Positions 52,389 through 63,400 are shown, numbered from the stretch's first letter. The stretch is 64,000 nt of DNA from Candidatus Bathyarchaeota archaeon (GCA_963807605.1 CAWECG010000003.1:1056001-1120000); one strand, 5' to 3'. Numbers and translations: made by a program. The notes: a model not told the origin generated them from the sequence alone.

Positions 52389-53501
52389 CTAGCTAGCTAG
52401 GTCGTCGAGTCTTTTTCTGCGAATGCCCTCTTTGATCTCAAGAGCCATCCTCCTCCCCGTTGACATAGGTTTGGAGAACAGATAACAAGAGTATGGTGAA
52501 CCTTCAGGGTAGAGATTTGTACCCGCAACGATCCTCGCTGACACCTCAAAAGTTACGAATTCCTGTTCATCAGTGCATATCGTCTCCAGGCAGAACGGCC
52601 CGGTTATTCCTGGTGGAAAGAGTCTAACGGATGCATTTGTGATTCGCCTGCCAAGATCTAGTACCTTGGGAAGGAGCGATTCTCTGAGGACTATGGGCAT
52701 ATTGCCCGTAACGACATATGATGGTTCGATAGGCTTTCTTCCGCCAAGCTCAGGGATTCTGTAGAGGTCGTCCACATTGGTTTCCACTCTCCTGTCGATT
52801 CCCAAGAGCTCGATTCTGCCCTCTCCAGCCTTTACCTCTCCATCAAACATCAATGAATAGAAATAATGAGGGTAGTAGCGTACCCCAATGACAAGCTCTT
52901 GTATTGTCAGTTCCTTCACGTCTGATTCCGTCATGATTCCTCTTTTGACGCGGTTCTTGATCTGTTTCTCGTATTCTTTTTCCGAATCGACTACGAAGAA
53001 GCCACGTCCTCCCCTGGCGCCGTGAAACTTGACAATACAAGGCCGATCGATCTCGGATGGTTTCGAATACTCCTCAGGGACCTTGATTCCTGCTTCTTTG
53101 AGCCAAGATCTCATCTTGCGCCTATCACCCTCAAATTCCAGCGCTCTTCTGTTGCCGAAGATGGGAACACGGAATTCTCTCCTGAGGTTCTCTGGTCCAA
53201 CATATTCGACGAACGAACCGTGAGGGATGATAATCACATTCTTGCGCAGCAATTCATCTTGGAATCCTTGGCAAATCAGATCGCGGTAGTTATCAACTAT
53301 CATGTACTCATCTGGCTTGCCAAACTGAAAAGCTTCATAAACGAACCGCCGATCCGGGGTGCAAATCCCTACGGTTTTGAACCCTTCTTGCCGTGCTCCA
53401 TAAAAGATCTGTAATGCAGAATGGGAACAAATGGTCCCTATTCTGATTCTTGCAGGATCATAGCTCCTAAGATTTCCAAGAATCTCCTCTTTCTTAATCA
53501 T
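52389..53501 (-). CDS. purP: PurP-family ATP-grasp formate--AICAR ligase
   Basis: TICSHSALQI, IPHGSF, GARGGRG, GPFCLE, FEVSARIVAGTN. Confidence 0.92.
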   Translation of the reverse strand: MIKKEEILGNLRSYDPARIRIGTICSHSALQIFYGARQEGFKTVGICTPDRRFVYEAFQFGKPDEYMIVDNYRDLICQGFQDELLRKNVIIIPHGSFVEYVGPENLRREFRVPIFGNRRALEFEGDRRKMRSWLKEAGIKVPEEYSKPSEIDRPCIVKFHGARGGRGFFVVDSEKEYEKQIKNRVKRGIMTESDVKELTIQELVIGVRYYPHYFYSLMFDGEVKAGEGRIELLGIDRRVETNVDDLYRIPELGGRKPIEPSYVVTGNMPIVLRESLLPKVLDLGRRITNASVRLFPPGITGPFCLETICTDEQEFVTFEVSARIVAGTNLYPEGSPYSCYLFSKPMSTGRRMALEIKEGIRRKRLDDLAS

Positions 53502-54595
53502 GTCACAACTTCACTCAATCTACCTTGATGTTTGGCTCTCGTAATTTCTAACGCTATCCTCCTTCCCGTACTCATGGGTTCTCCAAAGTACCATCTTGAA
53601 TATGGGCTGGTTGTTGATATTATCGGCGAACCTGGTACGCGAGGGCTAACATCGAAGATGCAGATATCAAGTTCTTTTGTGACGGCTCCTTGAAGCGCGA
53701 AAGGACCTATGATCCCCGGTGGATATTCACGCTTGCAAGTCTCAACAAACCTTTCGCCGATCTCGTACACCCTTTCAAGAATTGACTCTCTAACTGTAGC
53801 CCCCTCATGTCCAACCTCAATATTCTGGATTACTGAGTCTAATTCCAATTGATCTCTGGCAGGCAACGAGAGTATCCCGTCCAAGTCAGTCTGGATCCTT
53901 CTGTCAACACCTAAGAACTCCACTTGGTCCTCAAGTGGGGACCAGAAATAGTTGAAGTTGAATTTCGCACCCATGATGAACTCCTCGATAGTTGCTTTCT
54001 CCAGCTCTGTTCTTGAGATTATCCCTTTTCCTATTCTGGTCTCTGCCTTTGTGCGGAAATCCTCAGGGCTGTTTGCGTAGAAGAAAGCTCTCTCCATCTT
54101 CCTCTTAGCCTCAGGAACCTTGACAATAACCAAACGATCGATCTCGTTTGGAGAATTGAATTTAATCGGGAATTTTATTCCAGCCTTCTCAAGAAGATAC
54201 ATCTGATTACGAGGTGAGTCCCTTTCCTCTGATCTCAACATCGTCCTGTTTCCGAAGATGGGGATCAAAAACCGGTTCTCTATGTTATCATATCCCACAT
54301 AAGTGGAGAAGGATCGGTTTGCCGTGAAGATTACATTGAGTCTTCTCAGCTCTTCCTGAACATCCTCTTTGATCATATCAGCGAATGTGTTAAGAATTAT
54401 GACTTTACTGATTATGCGCTTATACTTCAGATAGGTCTTCTCCCGTCCTCTCTGACAAATTACAACAGTATCTACCCCCTCCTCCTTTGCACCATCGCAT
54501 ATGTCCAATGCAGAATGACTTCCAATGGTTCCCAACTTCAGATTTTCAATATCATATCTTTCAAGAACCTTGACTATCTCCTCTCTATTTAGCAA
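53498..54595 (-). CDS. purP: PurP-like paralogue (ATP-grasp)
   Basis: GSHSALD, NRSF, ERAFF, GPFALQ, DVSPRVPGSP. Confidence 0.85.
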   Translation of the reverse strand: MLNREEIVKVLERYDIENLKLGTIGSHSALDICDGAKEEGVDTVVICQRGREKTYLKYKRIISKVIILNTFADMIKEDVQEELRRLNVIFTANRSFSTYVGYDNIENRFLIPIFGNRTMLRSEERDSPRNQMYLLEKAGIKFPIKFNSPNEIDRLVIVKVPEAKRKMERAFFYANSPEDFRTKAETRIGKGIISRTELEKATIEEFIMGAKFNFNYFWSPLEDQVEFLGVDRRIQTDLDGILSLPARDQLELDSVIQNIEVGHEGATVRESILERVYEIGERFVETCKREYPPGIIGPFALQGAVTKELDICIFDVSPRVPGSPIISTTSPYSRWYFGEPMSTGRRIALEITRAKHQGRLSEVVT

Positions 54596-54828
54596 AACCC
54601 TCTCTCCCCAATCAAGTTGAAAATTACCCTGCAGTGATTCTTGGAATCACCTTCTATGGATTGACTAACAGTGAGTATATGAGATTTGGTGGAGGTAAAG
54701 GAGCGAACTAAGTATCATCTGACTAACCAACATTGACAGAACGGCTACTTGTAGCGGCTGCTATCCTTTGGACGATATCCATAGATTGTGCCGCTTGTCA
54801 CAAAAATAAAGATGGAAAACGCGCGCCG

Positions 54829-55854
54829 TCAAGGCATGACTACGGCTCTTATGGCTTCTCCTCTTCTTACCAACTCTAGGCCATCATTTACTCTGTCCAG
54901 AGGGAGCCTGTGGCTGATCAAGGGTTCCAACTTGAACTTTCCATCTCTAACGAGGTTAACGACCTCAATAGTTTCGTACTTGGAACTGGCACGCGAACCG
55001 ACGATTTGGAGCTCCCCCCTAACGAGTCTCCTTGGGACCAAGGTGAGATTGTCTTCTGAGTATCCAATGAAGACCAGCTTTGCTCCTCTCGCCAGTATAC
55101 TAAGAGCGTCGTTCATTGTCTTAGTTCTGCCGACAAATTCATAGACGATGTCAACGCCCCGTGCACCGACGAGTCTCTTAACCTCTGTTGGCAAGTCCTT
55201 CTCTTTTGAATTGACTGTGTAATCTGCTCCCAAGGACTTTGCTACCTTCAACTTATCCTCTTGAACATCTATCGCGATGACCGTGGCGCCACTAAGCTTC
55301 GCCATCTGAAGTGTGCACAGTCCGACGCCTCCAGACCCGATTATAGCAACTGTATCACCAAGTCTCACTTTCCCGACCTCTCTTACCGCATGGTAGGCCG
55401 TTGAGCCAGCATCAACGAGTATGCCCGCCTCGTACGGCACCTCGTCAGGCAGCTTGACTATGCTTCTGGATGGAGCTTTAGCGTATTCTGCATAACCACC
55501 ATCTACAGTAAAACCAAACTGTTTGAACTGTGAGCTGACGCATAGATTCTCTCGCCCCCGCTGGCAGTAGTAGCACTCGCCGCAACTGAAGTAAAAGTGA
55601 ATGAGTACCCTATCTCCTACCCTGAATTCTTTGACATCTCTGCCGACCTCGGCCACTTCTCCAGCAGCCTCATGACCCATAATCTGAGGAATCTTCCCGG
55701 GCTTGTACAATCCCTCATCGACGAAATGGAGGTCGGTATGGCATATTCCACAGGCATTTATTCTGACCAGAACTTCTTTTGGTGATATCGTTGGCTTTTC
55801 AACATCCTCTATCCGAAGGGGTTGACCAACCTCATAAAATCTAGCAGCCTTCAA
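54829..55854 (-). CDS. Zinc-dependent alcohol dehydrogenase
   Basis: CGICHTD, GHE, CxxCxxC...C, GSGGVG. Start placed at TTG (KAARFY); the ORF is open to 55917. Confidence 0.92.
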   Translation of the reverse strand: MKAARFYEVGQPLRIEDVEKPTISPKEVLVRINACGICHTDLHFVDEGLYKPGKIPQIMGHEAAGEVAEVGRDVKEFRVGDRVLIHFYFSCGECYYCQRGRENLCVSSQFKQFGFTVDGGYAEYAKAPSRSIVKLPDEVPYEAGILVDAGSTAYHAVREVGKVRLGDTVAIIGSGGVGLCTLQMAKLSGATVIAIDVQEDKLKVAKSLGADYTVNSKEKDLPTEVKRLVGARGVDIVYEFVGRTKTMNDALSILARGAKLVFIGYSEDNLTLVPRRLVRGELQIVGSRASSKYETIEVVNLVRDGKFKLEPLISHRLPLDRVNDGLELVRRGEAIRAVVMP

Positions 55855-56085
55855 ATCACATCGCGGGTTGAGATACCCGCCTCGAAAAATAAAAGTATCT
55901 GTCGAATCCTGCACCACGCTTGGAAATGTTCTTTAATGGGGTTCCACGTGCTACTCTTGTTCGTGTAGGATAGCCGTCTGCGATCTATGGAAGTCTATCC
56001 AGTGGCGTGCAGTCAACTTGATCCGCAGCGTAGTTTGGCAGCTAAAGAGCTTTGCATAGCGCGCGTTCAAAGGACGAGATGAACT

Positions 56086-56658
56086 TTGACAGCGTTACCG
56101 AGAAGATTCTACGAAAGAGATCCCGAAGTGGTTGCTAGGGATTTGCTTGGAAAAAAATTGGTCAGGAGACTGTATGGGAAAAGCCTCGAAGGAATTCTGG
56201 TCGAGACAGAGGCCTATTATGGCTTAAAAGATCCCGCCTCGCGAGCATATAAGGGCATTAAAGTCTACAACAAACCGTTGTGGGGCGATGCGGGAAAGGC
56301 CTTCATCTACAACGTTCACAAGTACTGGATGCTAAACGCAGTTGCTCACCAAGCCGGAGAAATCGGTGCAGTTCTAATCAGAGCCCTGCAGCCAACCGAG
56401 GGCATAGAGATTATGAAGAGAAACAGAAAGGTAAAGAATATCATTGAACTCACAAGTGGACCGGGCAAGTTGACGGAGGCTCTTCAGATCGATAAGAAGT
56501 TGAATGAAGAGTGTCTTACCACTGACGAGGCTGAAGCGTTCATTGCACAGAACGAGATGAAATTCAAGATCGAGAATTCGCACAGAATTGGTGTCAAAAG
56601 AGATCTTAAGAACAAACTCAGGTTTTTTATAAAAGGAAATGAATTCGTTTCAAAGTGA
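56086..56658 (+). CDS. mpg: DNA-3-methyladenine glycosylase (AAG/Mpg)
   Basis: ETEAY, DPAS, AVLIRA, GPGKL, RIGV. Confidence 0.93.
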   Translation: MTALPRRFYERDPEVVARDLLGKKLVRRLYGKSLEGILVETEAYYGLKDPASRAYKGIKVYNKPLWGDAGKAFIYNVHKYWMLNAVAHQAGEIGAVLIRALQPTEGIEIMKRNRKVKNIIELTSGPGKLTEALQIDKKLNEECLTTDEAEAFIAQNEMKFKIENSHRIGVKRDLKNKLRFFIKGNEFVSK

Positions 56659-56820
56659 TGGAACCCGCGCGATGCTCACACCCCTATTGTGCTCTCCATA
56701 TTGCTTGGGGTGTACGCGTGCCAACCGGATCGATTTTGAAAACAAAATTCCTTTTGGAATAGCTATGGCAAGAATTTATTAATGGTTCACATCAGGCATT
56801 AGGCAAACGGCGGGTCAATT

Positions 56821-58026
56821 GTGCCTGAGATAATCCTTGATGAACTGAAGCAGAAACCTCTGCAGGAGCAAAGGACGGAGATCTGCGAACGCAAAGGCCT
56901 AGGCCATCCTGACACGATATGTGATGCGATTATGGACGAGGTCTCCAAGGCCCTCAGCAAGGAGTACATAAAGAGATTCGGTTCTGTACTACACCACAAC
57001 ATCGACAAAGGCCTCTTGGTCGCTGGAGAGACTGAAGTGGCGTTCGGCGGAGGCAAGGTGCTAAAGCCTATGCTTCTAGTCTTTGGAGACAGGGCGACCT
57101 TCACTGTCGGGTCCGAGACTATTCCGGTGGAAGATATTACCATTAGGACCACTAAGGAATGGATCAAACAGAATCTGAGGCTTGTGGATCCCGACAGGCA
57201 CGTAAACTATCAGATTGAGTTGAAACGCGGTTCCCAAGCCTTGACAGACATCTTTGAGAGAAAAGACAAGTTTCTTGGTGCAAACGACACCTCAGCCGCT
57301 GTGGGTTTTGCTCCGCTCACGGCAACCGAGCAGATAGTTAGAGATACGGAGTTCTTTCTCAACGACTCCTCCTTCAAGAGTGATTTTCCAGAAACTGGGG
57401 AGGACATCAAGGTAATGGGCCTGCGTAAGGATGGCGAACTCCACCTGACAGTGGGGATGGCCTTCGTCGATAGCTACATTGACAATGAAGCCGCATACTT
57501 CAGATTGAAAGATGAAGTTGTGGAAGAGATCCAGAAATATGTTAAATCCAGAGTTGAGATGGAGGTCTATATCGACCTTAACACCGCCGATAGGCTCGGG
57601 CGTGGTCTAGGCGGGATGTATCTCACTGTTCTGGGAACTTCCGCTGACGGTGGAGACTGCGGACAAGTGGGTAGGGGAAACAGGGTTAACGGCATCATTC
57701 CTTTGAATAGGCCGACGTGTTCAGAGGCAGCTTGCGGCAAGAATCCTGTGAGCCACGTGGGGAAGATATACAATGTTCTTACGTACAGGATGGCTGAAGA
57801 GATCTATGGCAGTGTTTCAGGTCTGAAAGAGGTCTACGTATGGTTGCTAAGCCAAATCGGGCGGCCGATAAATGAACCAAAAATAGTCTCAGCTCAGCTA
57901 GTACTTGAACCCAATGCTTCAATGAAGGAGATCGTAGGTCCAGTCGAAGAGACTATTCAAGCCCAACTCGATAAGCTCGATGTCTTTTGTATGGAACTAG
58001 CGTACGGCAAGATGAAGTTGTGTTGA
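56821..58026 (+). CDS. mat: Archaeal-type S-adenosylmethionine synthetase
   Basis: ERKGLGHPD, HHNIDK, ANDTS, GEDIKVMG, GRGNRVNG, GKNPVSHVGK. Confidence 0.95.
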   Translation: MPEIILDELKQKPLQEQRTEICERKGLGHPDTICDAIMDEVSKALSKEYIKRFGSVLHHNIDKGLLVAGETEVAFGGGKVLKPMLLVFGDRATFTVGSETIPVEDITIRTTKEWIKQNLRLVDPDRHVNYQIELKRGSQALTDIFERKDKFLGANDTSAAVGFAPLTATEQIVRDTEFFLNDSSFKSDFPETGEDIKVMGLRKDGELHLTVGMAFVDSYIDNEAAYFRLKDEVVEEIQKYVKSRVEMEVYIDLNTADRLGRGLGGMYLTVLGTSADGGDCGQVGRGNRVNGIIPLNRPTCSEAACGKNPVSHVGKIYNVLTYRMAEEIYGSVSGLKEVYVWLLSQIGRPINEPKIVSAQLVLEPNASMKEIVGPVEETIQAQLDKLDVFCMELAYGKMKLC

Positions 58027-58064
58027 GGTTGAACTGTTCGACTTTTCAAGAATCTTCGTACGAT

Positions 58065-58307
58065 CTATTCCTTCCGTATTTCGTCCAGGACAAGTTGGCA
58101 ATTCCAATACTTTGAACAGTAAACCGTACAGTATTCCGGGTTTGGTCCACTGCAAGTGGTATAATCCGTGTAGGCCTTCAAGTGATGACCTAGATTATGA
58201 TTGTTGCTAGTGGGTAGGCCATCATTAGACTCAGCAGTCTTCCCACGCCAATCGCCGAGAATCGGTATACTCACAAACATCTGACACGCCGGGTGATTCT
58301 TGCTCAC
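58065..58307 (-). CDS. Small Cys-rich hypothetical protein (reading frame extends upstream to ~58435)
   Basis: In-frame upstream CGEC..C...C plus downstream Cys cluster; start uncertain. Confidence 0.45.
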   Translation of the reverse strand: MSKNHPACQMFVSIPILGDWRGKTAESNDGLPTSNNHNLGHHLKAYTDYTTCSGPNPEYCTVYCSKYWNCQLVLDEIRKE

Positions 58308-58692
58308 CTCAATCTCGATCTTCGGACAGAATCCACTTCTACATTTAGTGAAGGTCTCACACTCGCCGCACCGTTTCCCAAGATTGTTAGAAACTAGACT
58401 GGCAGATTGACTGAGCCTTAAGGACCTGTTTTCCGTCTAGAACCCACTCCTCAGGTGGGGTGAGAGCCAAATATTCATTATAGAACTTCTTTAAAAGAAG
58501 ATGTCAAGCAATCGCGACTATTTGGAAATATGTTGAGCCTTTCTTGAAATCAAATGAGCGCTGATGAGCTTGATGCAATGTCGATATGGACAAACTTAGC
58601 AGGCAACTGTCATTCGTATCCTTCCAAAAAAACTTGAATTGTCTTGAAGGTATATTCTATCTGCAACAGTTGTTAAGTCAGTTCGGAGATGA

Positions 58693-59763
58693 TTGAGGGT
58701 GGTCAAGACCGATGCTGCTTTGAGAGCTGTTTCAGCATACGCCTCGAAAGCGACCGTGCTTTTCCTCGTCTCTACATATATCCTTTCAATGTTGATGGGC
58801 TTGTTCCTTATGTTGCTGAGTCCACAAAGCGACAGCTTCAGTAAGAAGTCCGTCGAGAGCCTCCCGATAGGTCTCTTAACCATATTCGTCATAAGGGTGC
58901 CTGTAGCGACAACTTTCGGAGCAGTCTTCATAGTCTTATGGATTATTTATGCCATCTGCTTTGTACTCGCCTGGACAATCAACGGTGGGTTTGTTAAGGC
59001 GCTGCAAGGGAAGACGTTACAGCGGCCCACTTCACCCACAGGAAACCTCCTTTTTGCCTTTCCGGCACTTTCCAGCTCGCTGTTGATCTTAGTAGTTCTA
59101 GTCCAGAGTTTCCAAGAAGCAGTAGGATTGCCGACGGGTGAAATTAAGATTACGTCTATCTATCGTGAACTCTTCGAACTTGCATACTCTCCGATATTCG
59201 AAGAAGTCATGTTCAGAATCTCTCCCTACGCGGTCTACGCTGTCGGACGGCTAGGCCTGATCTTTGCCACAAAAAGAACACAAGATCCTAGGTTCTACCT
59301 GAAGTCAATCTTCCTATCAGTATTATTCCCTGACCGCGCGAAGGAGGGTCTTGGATTGCCAAGCATCAGGCTGAATGGAATTCGCCGAGCGGTCAATTCA
59401 GGGGAATGGGTTCTTATGATTTTGACCTCCGTGATCTTCGGCTTAGCCCACTACCTCTCAGGATCCGGGTGGGAAATGGGCAAAGTGACATCATCGTTTC
59501 TGGCGGGGTTTGCGTTCTTCCTCGCATACCTAGCGTTTGGATTTTATGCACCAATACTACTTCACTGGTTTTTCAATTATTATTTCGATGTCTACGAGAT
59601 CGCAACCAGGGTCTATCAAGGATTATTCGAGTCGCTTGAAACCGCAATTGGCATGGTCGTCCAGATTGTGGGACTTGTCGTGATCCTCGTTTATGTAATC
59701 TACCTTCTCAGAAGGATACATGATAAGTTCTCTCAGCAACAGGTTGAGACATCGATAGAGTAG
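58693..59763 (+). CDS. CPBP (CAAX protease/Rce1-like) intramembrane metalloprotease
   Basis: EEVMFR, FGLAH, H..N motifs; multiple TMs. Confidence 0.88.
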   Translation: MRVVKTDAALRAVSAYASKATVLFLVSTYILSMLMGLFLMLLSPQSDSFSKKSVESLPIGLLTIFVIRVPVATTFGAVFIVLWIIYAICFVLAWTINGGFVKALQGKTLQRPTSPTGNLLFAFPALSSSLLILVVLVQSFQEAVGLPTGEIKITSIYRELFELAYSPIFEEVMFRISPYAVYAVGRLGLIFATKRTQDPRFYLKSIFLSVLFPDRAKEGLGLPSIRLNGIRRAVNSGEWVLMILTSVIFGLAHYLSGSGWEMGKVTSSFLAGFAFFLAYLAFGFYAPILLHWFFNYYFDVYEIATRVYQGLFESLETAIGMVVQIVGLVVILVYVIYLLRRIHDKFSQQQVETSIE

Positions 59764-59827
59764 GTTCTATAATCTAGATAGTCTTTTCTGATCGATTAAG
59801 ATTCACAGTTCTCCGGGATGGAAGCTC

Positions 59828-60655
59828 TTGACTGAAGACCAACTAATATTCTTGGGGACTGGGGGAGGGCGCTTCGCGATGATCACGCAGAGACGACGAA
59901 CGGGAGGCATAAGAGTGATAGGTTCAGCGAACATACAGATGGATCCGGGACCAGGATCCATCGCATACTCTAACCAACTCAACCTAGATCCTACAAAAGT
60001 CGACGCCTTATTGGTGTCTCATTGCCATCCAGATCATGACAGTGATGCTGAGATATACATTGAAGCAATGACAAACGGAGGAACACGAAAGAGAGGAACC
60101 TTGATAGCCCCTCGAGGAGTCCTTCGAGGAAACAGAGTCTGTGAACCTCGCATATCAAGCTATCATAGACATATGATAGGGAGAATGGTTGAGGCAAGCA
60201 TTGGATCCACAGTTGATCTTGATACGGTCAAGGTTAGGGTTACGGCTGCGAAACATGAAGACCCTGACGCCGTGGGCTTCAGGTTAAGTCTGCCATCAGG
60301 TGAGATTGGCTATACATCCGATACAGAATACTTTGAGGGTATTGAAAAGGAGTTCAAAGGTGTCAAGTTACTCGTGATGTGTGTTCTCCGCCCCAGAGGA
60401 GCTGCCATAAAGGGACATCTGTGCACGGACGATGCCATTAGGATCCTAAATGGAGTTAAGCCCGACTTCTGTGTCATAACGGGATTCGGTATGAAGATGA
60501 TATACTCCGACCCGAAAAACGAAGCGAGATTCATGGAGGAATCGACGAGGGTTAAGACTGTTGCTGCAACAGACAACATGAGGCTGAACTTAGGAGAAGA
60601 CGCAGAACCTCAGAAGGGACAGGAATTCTTGGGTAGATTCCTGGACACGCCCTGA
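59828..60655 (+). CDS. MBL-fold metallo-hydrolase
   Basis: FLGTGG, DPGPG, SHCHPDH, H, SDT. Confidence 0.9.
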   Translation: MTEDQLIFLGTGGGRFAMITQRRRTGGIRVIGSANIQMDPGPGSIAYSNQLNLDPTKVDALLVSHCHPDHDSDAEIYIEAMTNGGTRKRGTLIAPRGVLRGNRVCEPRISSYHRHMIGRMVEASIGSTVDLDTVKVRVTAAKHEDPDAVGFRLSLPSGEIGYTSDTEYFEGIEKEFKGVKLLVMCVLRPRGAAIKGHLCTDDAIRILNGVKPDFCVITGFGMKMIYSDPKNEARFMEESTRVKTVAATDNMRLNLGEDAEPQKGQEFLGRFLDTP

Positions 60656-60753
60656 ACCCTCTAAGATCTGAGCATTTTGGAAATGCTTTTGAAGCAAATC
60701 CAGTAAATTGGACTCTCAAGCTTGATTAACATGGCGATGTAGTGCTGGTGTAG

Positions 60754-63225
60754 TTGCTGGAAACCCGACACAATTCAGAACTGCCAAAGACTTACGATCC
60801 TTTAGCCAGCGAAGCTAAATGGCAGCAACTCTGGAGCCAATGGAATCTATACGCCTTCGATCGTCATGACAGAAGTCGCCTAACTTACAGCATAGATACG
60901 CCTCCTCCTTATCCCAGCGGTGAGTTCCATATGGGGAACGCCTTGAACTGGTGCTACTTCGATTTTGCTGCAAGGTACAAACGGATGAGGGGTTTCAACG
61001 TCCTCTTCCCTCAGGGCTGGGATTGTCACGGTCTTCCAACAGAAGTCAGAGCGGAAAAAGTCTATGGAATACGGAAGCGTGAGGTCTCGGTCCAGAAGTT
61101 CAAGGAACTCTGTGTCAATCTCACCAATGAGTACATAGAGAAGATGAAGAGAGCAATGAATGCTATGGGTTACTCAATGGATTGGAGCCTCGAGTACCGA
61201 ACAATGGATCCAGCGTACTACCGCGCTACTCAACTCTCGTTCCTCATCCTCCACAGGAAAGGCTACATCTACCAAGGAGAACACCCAGTCAACTGGTGTC
61301 CCAGATGTGAGACAGCTATAGCCGAGGCTGAAGTCACCTACGGCGAGCGAGAGAGTGAACTTACATACGTGACTTTCGGTTCAGGAGGAAACCAACTGGT
61401 TATAGCCACTACACGTCCAGAGCTTCTTCCGGCATGCGTCGCTGTAGCTGTAAACCCAAGCGATGATAGGTACAAGTCGTATGTTGAAAGTGAGATTGAG
61501 GTTCCGCTCGTTGGGCGAAAAGTCAAGATCCTAGCCGACAAAGATGTAGATCCCGCATTTGGAACCGGCGTTGTAATGGTATGCACCTTCGGAGACAAGA
61601 CTGACGTAAAGTGGCAGAAGAAGTACGATCTCCCAATAATCCCACTAATAACTGAGGACGGCCACATGAGCGAAGCCAGCGCGAAATACAAAGGCCTCAG
61701 TATAACCGAAGCCAAAAAGGCTCTGACCACAGATCTCAGGGCCAATAACTTGGTGGTAAAGGCAGACAAGATTAGGCAAAGCATTGGCACCTGTTGGCGA
61801 TGCGACACACCAGTTGAGATAATCTCAAAGATACAATGGTTCATGAGGACACGGGATATGACCGAGGATGTCATAGAGTGGACTGACAAGGTGCACTGGA
61901 TTCCCGAGTTCTCAAAGCATAGATTGATAGATTGGGCGAGATCTCTTGATTGGGATTGGGTCATCTCCCGGCAGAGAGTCTTTGCAACTCCAATTCCAAT
62001 ATGGTACTGCAAGGGCTGTAGACAGGTTCTTGTTGCTGAGAGTGAATGGATCCCAATCGACCCCCGATCGGAGCCCCCGAAAATAGACAAATGTCCAAGG
62101 TGCGAGTCCACGGAGTTCATTGGGGAAAACGATGTCATGGACACTTGGATGGACTCATCGATCACGTGTGCTGTCCACGCCGGCTGGCCTGACGATGAGA
62201 AGTCCTTTGAGAGACTCTTCCCAGTCGATCTCCAGCCTAACGGGCTCGACATAATCAGAACTTGGGACTACTACCTGATGGTCAAGAACCTAGCCCTCTT
62301 CGGGAAGGCACCATACAAGACTGTCTTGATAAACGGCATGGTAAGAGGTGCTGATGGCCGGATGATGCACAAGTCTTTTGGAAACTACGTGGAGGCGTAT
62401 GAGGCAACATCAAAGTATGGAGCTGATGCATTAAGGCAATGGGCCGCCGCAGGCGGAGCCACCGGCTATGATCTACCCTTCAATTGGGGTGAGGTTGAGT
62501 ACGGCAAAAAGTTCCTGACCAAACTCTGGAACGCATCCAGATTCGTTCTAACAAACCTTAAAGATTTTGAAAACGAAGAAGTCAAGTCCGAACTCATTGA
62601 TCGATGGATCTTGAGTAAACTAGAGAGAATGACCACACAAGTCACCCGAGCCTACGAGAGCTTCCAGTTCAACACTGCGCTTGAAGGCATCAGGAACTTC
62701 ACTTGGCACATCTTCTGCGACCAATACCTTGAGGCAGTTAAACATCGACTTTACAATACCGATGCCACAGCCGCCCAGCGTCGAAAGGCCGCCCAGTATG
62801 GGCTACACTGCTGTCTACTCAGGATCGTTCAGTTACTCGCCCCAATCTGCCCACACCTATCTGAAGAGATCTACCAGAACATGATATCTCTGAATAGCAA
62901 GCCGAAGAGCATTCACCTAACTGCTTGGCCTCAGCCAGACCAAGAATTAGTCGATGACAAATCTGAACGAGACGGCGACGCCATTCTAGCTCTAGTTTCC
63001 GAGATAAGACGCGTAAAATCTGAACAAAAGATATCTCTCAAAGCACCAATCAAGACCATACAAATCTATTCAGACAAAGACTACTTTGAAGCGATAAACA
63101 GTTCCGTTGAAGATATCGCTAGCATTCTACACTCCAACATCGTTAAGATTACGCCCCTAACGAAAGGTAGTCCGGGCAGAGAAATCCAAGACTATCCCAC
63201 AATCAAGATCACAGTTGACATATAG
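60754..63225 (+). CDS. valS: Valine--tRNA ligase
   Basis: DTPPPY..HMGN (HIGH), GWDCHGLP, DWVISRQR, DTWMDSS, MMHKS (KMSKS). Confidence 0.96.
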   Translation: MLETRHNSELPKTYDPLASEAKWQQLWSQWNLYAFDRHDRSRLTYSIDTPPPYPSGEFHMGNALNWCYFDFAARYKRMRGFNVLFPQGWDCHGLPTEVRAEKVYGIRKREVSVQKFKELCVNLTNEYIEKMKRAMNAMGYSMDWSLEYRTMDPAYYRATQLSFLILHRKGYIYQGEHPVNWCPRCETAIAEAEVTYGERESELTYVTFGSGGNQLVIATTRPELLPACVAVAVNPSDDRYKSYVESEIEVPLVGRKVKILADKDVDPAFGTGVVMVCTFGDKTDVKWQKKYDLPIIPLITEDGHMSEASAKYKGLSITEAKKALTTDLRANNLVVKADKIRQSIGTCWRCDTPVEIISKIQWFMRTRDMTEDVIEWTDKVHWIPEFSKHRLIDWARSLDWDWVISRQRVFATPIPIWYCKGCRQVLVAESEWIPIDPRSEPPKIDKCPRCESTEFIGENDVMDTWMDSSITCAVHAGWPDDEKSFERLFPVDLQPNGLDIIRTWDYYLMVKNLALFGKAPYKTVLINGMVRGADGRMMHKSFGNYVEAYEATSKYGADALRQWAAAGGATGYDLPFNWGEVEYGKKFLTKLWNASRFVLTNLKDFENEEVKSELIDRWILSKLERMTTQVTRAYESFQFNTALEGIRNFTWHIFCDQYLEAVKHRLYNTDATAAQRRKAAQYGLHCCLLRIVQLLAPICPHLSEEIYQNMISLNSKPKSIHLTAWPQPDQELVDDKSERDGDAILALVSEIRRVKSEQKISLKAPIKTIQIYSDKDYFEAINSSVEDIASILHSNIVKITPLTKGSPGREIQDYPTIKITVDI

Positions 63226-63284
63226 ACGTAAGTGCAGGTTCTTCCAGCAAGTTTTTAATAGGAAAAACATTGCTGTAGGAGTCG

Positions 63285-63376
63285 TAAGTTAGGAATTGCC
63301 AGATGAGAAGTCTTAACCGATATGCCGGCGTGAAGGCAAGACTACTTTTCATCTCTATCCAAACCTTCCTAGCTTA
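63285..63376 (+). promoter_or_regulatory. Structured 5' leader hairpin of the TRAM gene
   Basis: Nested stems 63285-63295/63366-63376, 63301-63310/63345-63354 and 63309-63314/63338-63343. TATA-like TTTTTAATA at 63252-63260. Confidence 0.6.
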
Positions 63377-63400
63377 GAGAGAGGAGGAAAGATAATAGGT

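Noticed and set aside
52389-54595. Tandem purP genes as a novelty
   Set aside because: Paired PurP paralogues are well known in archaea.
61338-62252. Long antisense ORFs (e.g. 304 aa opposite valS, 201 aa opposite the UroD-like gene)
   Set aside because: They are shadows of well-supported genes and have no recognisable motifs.
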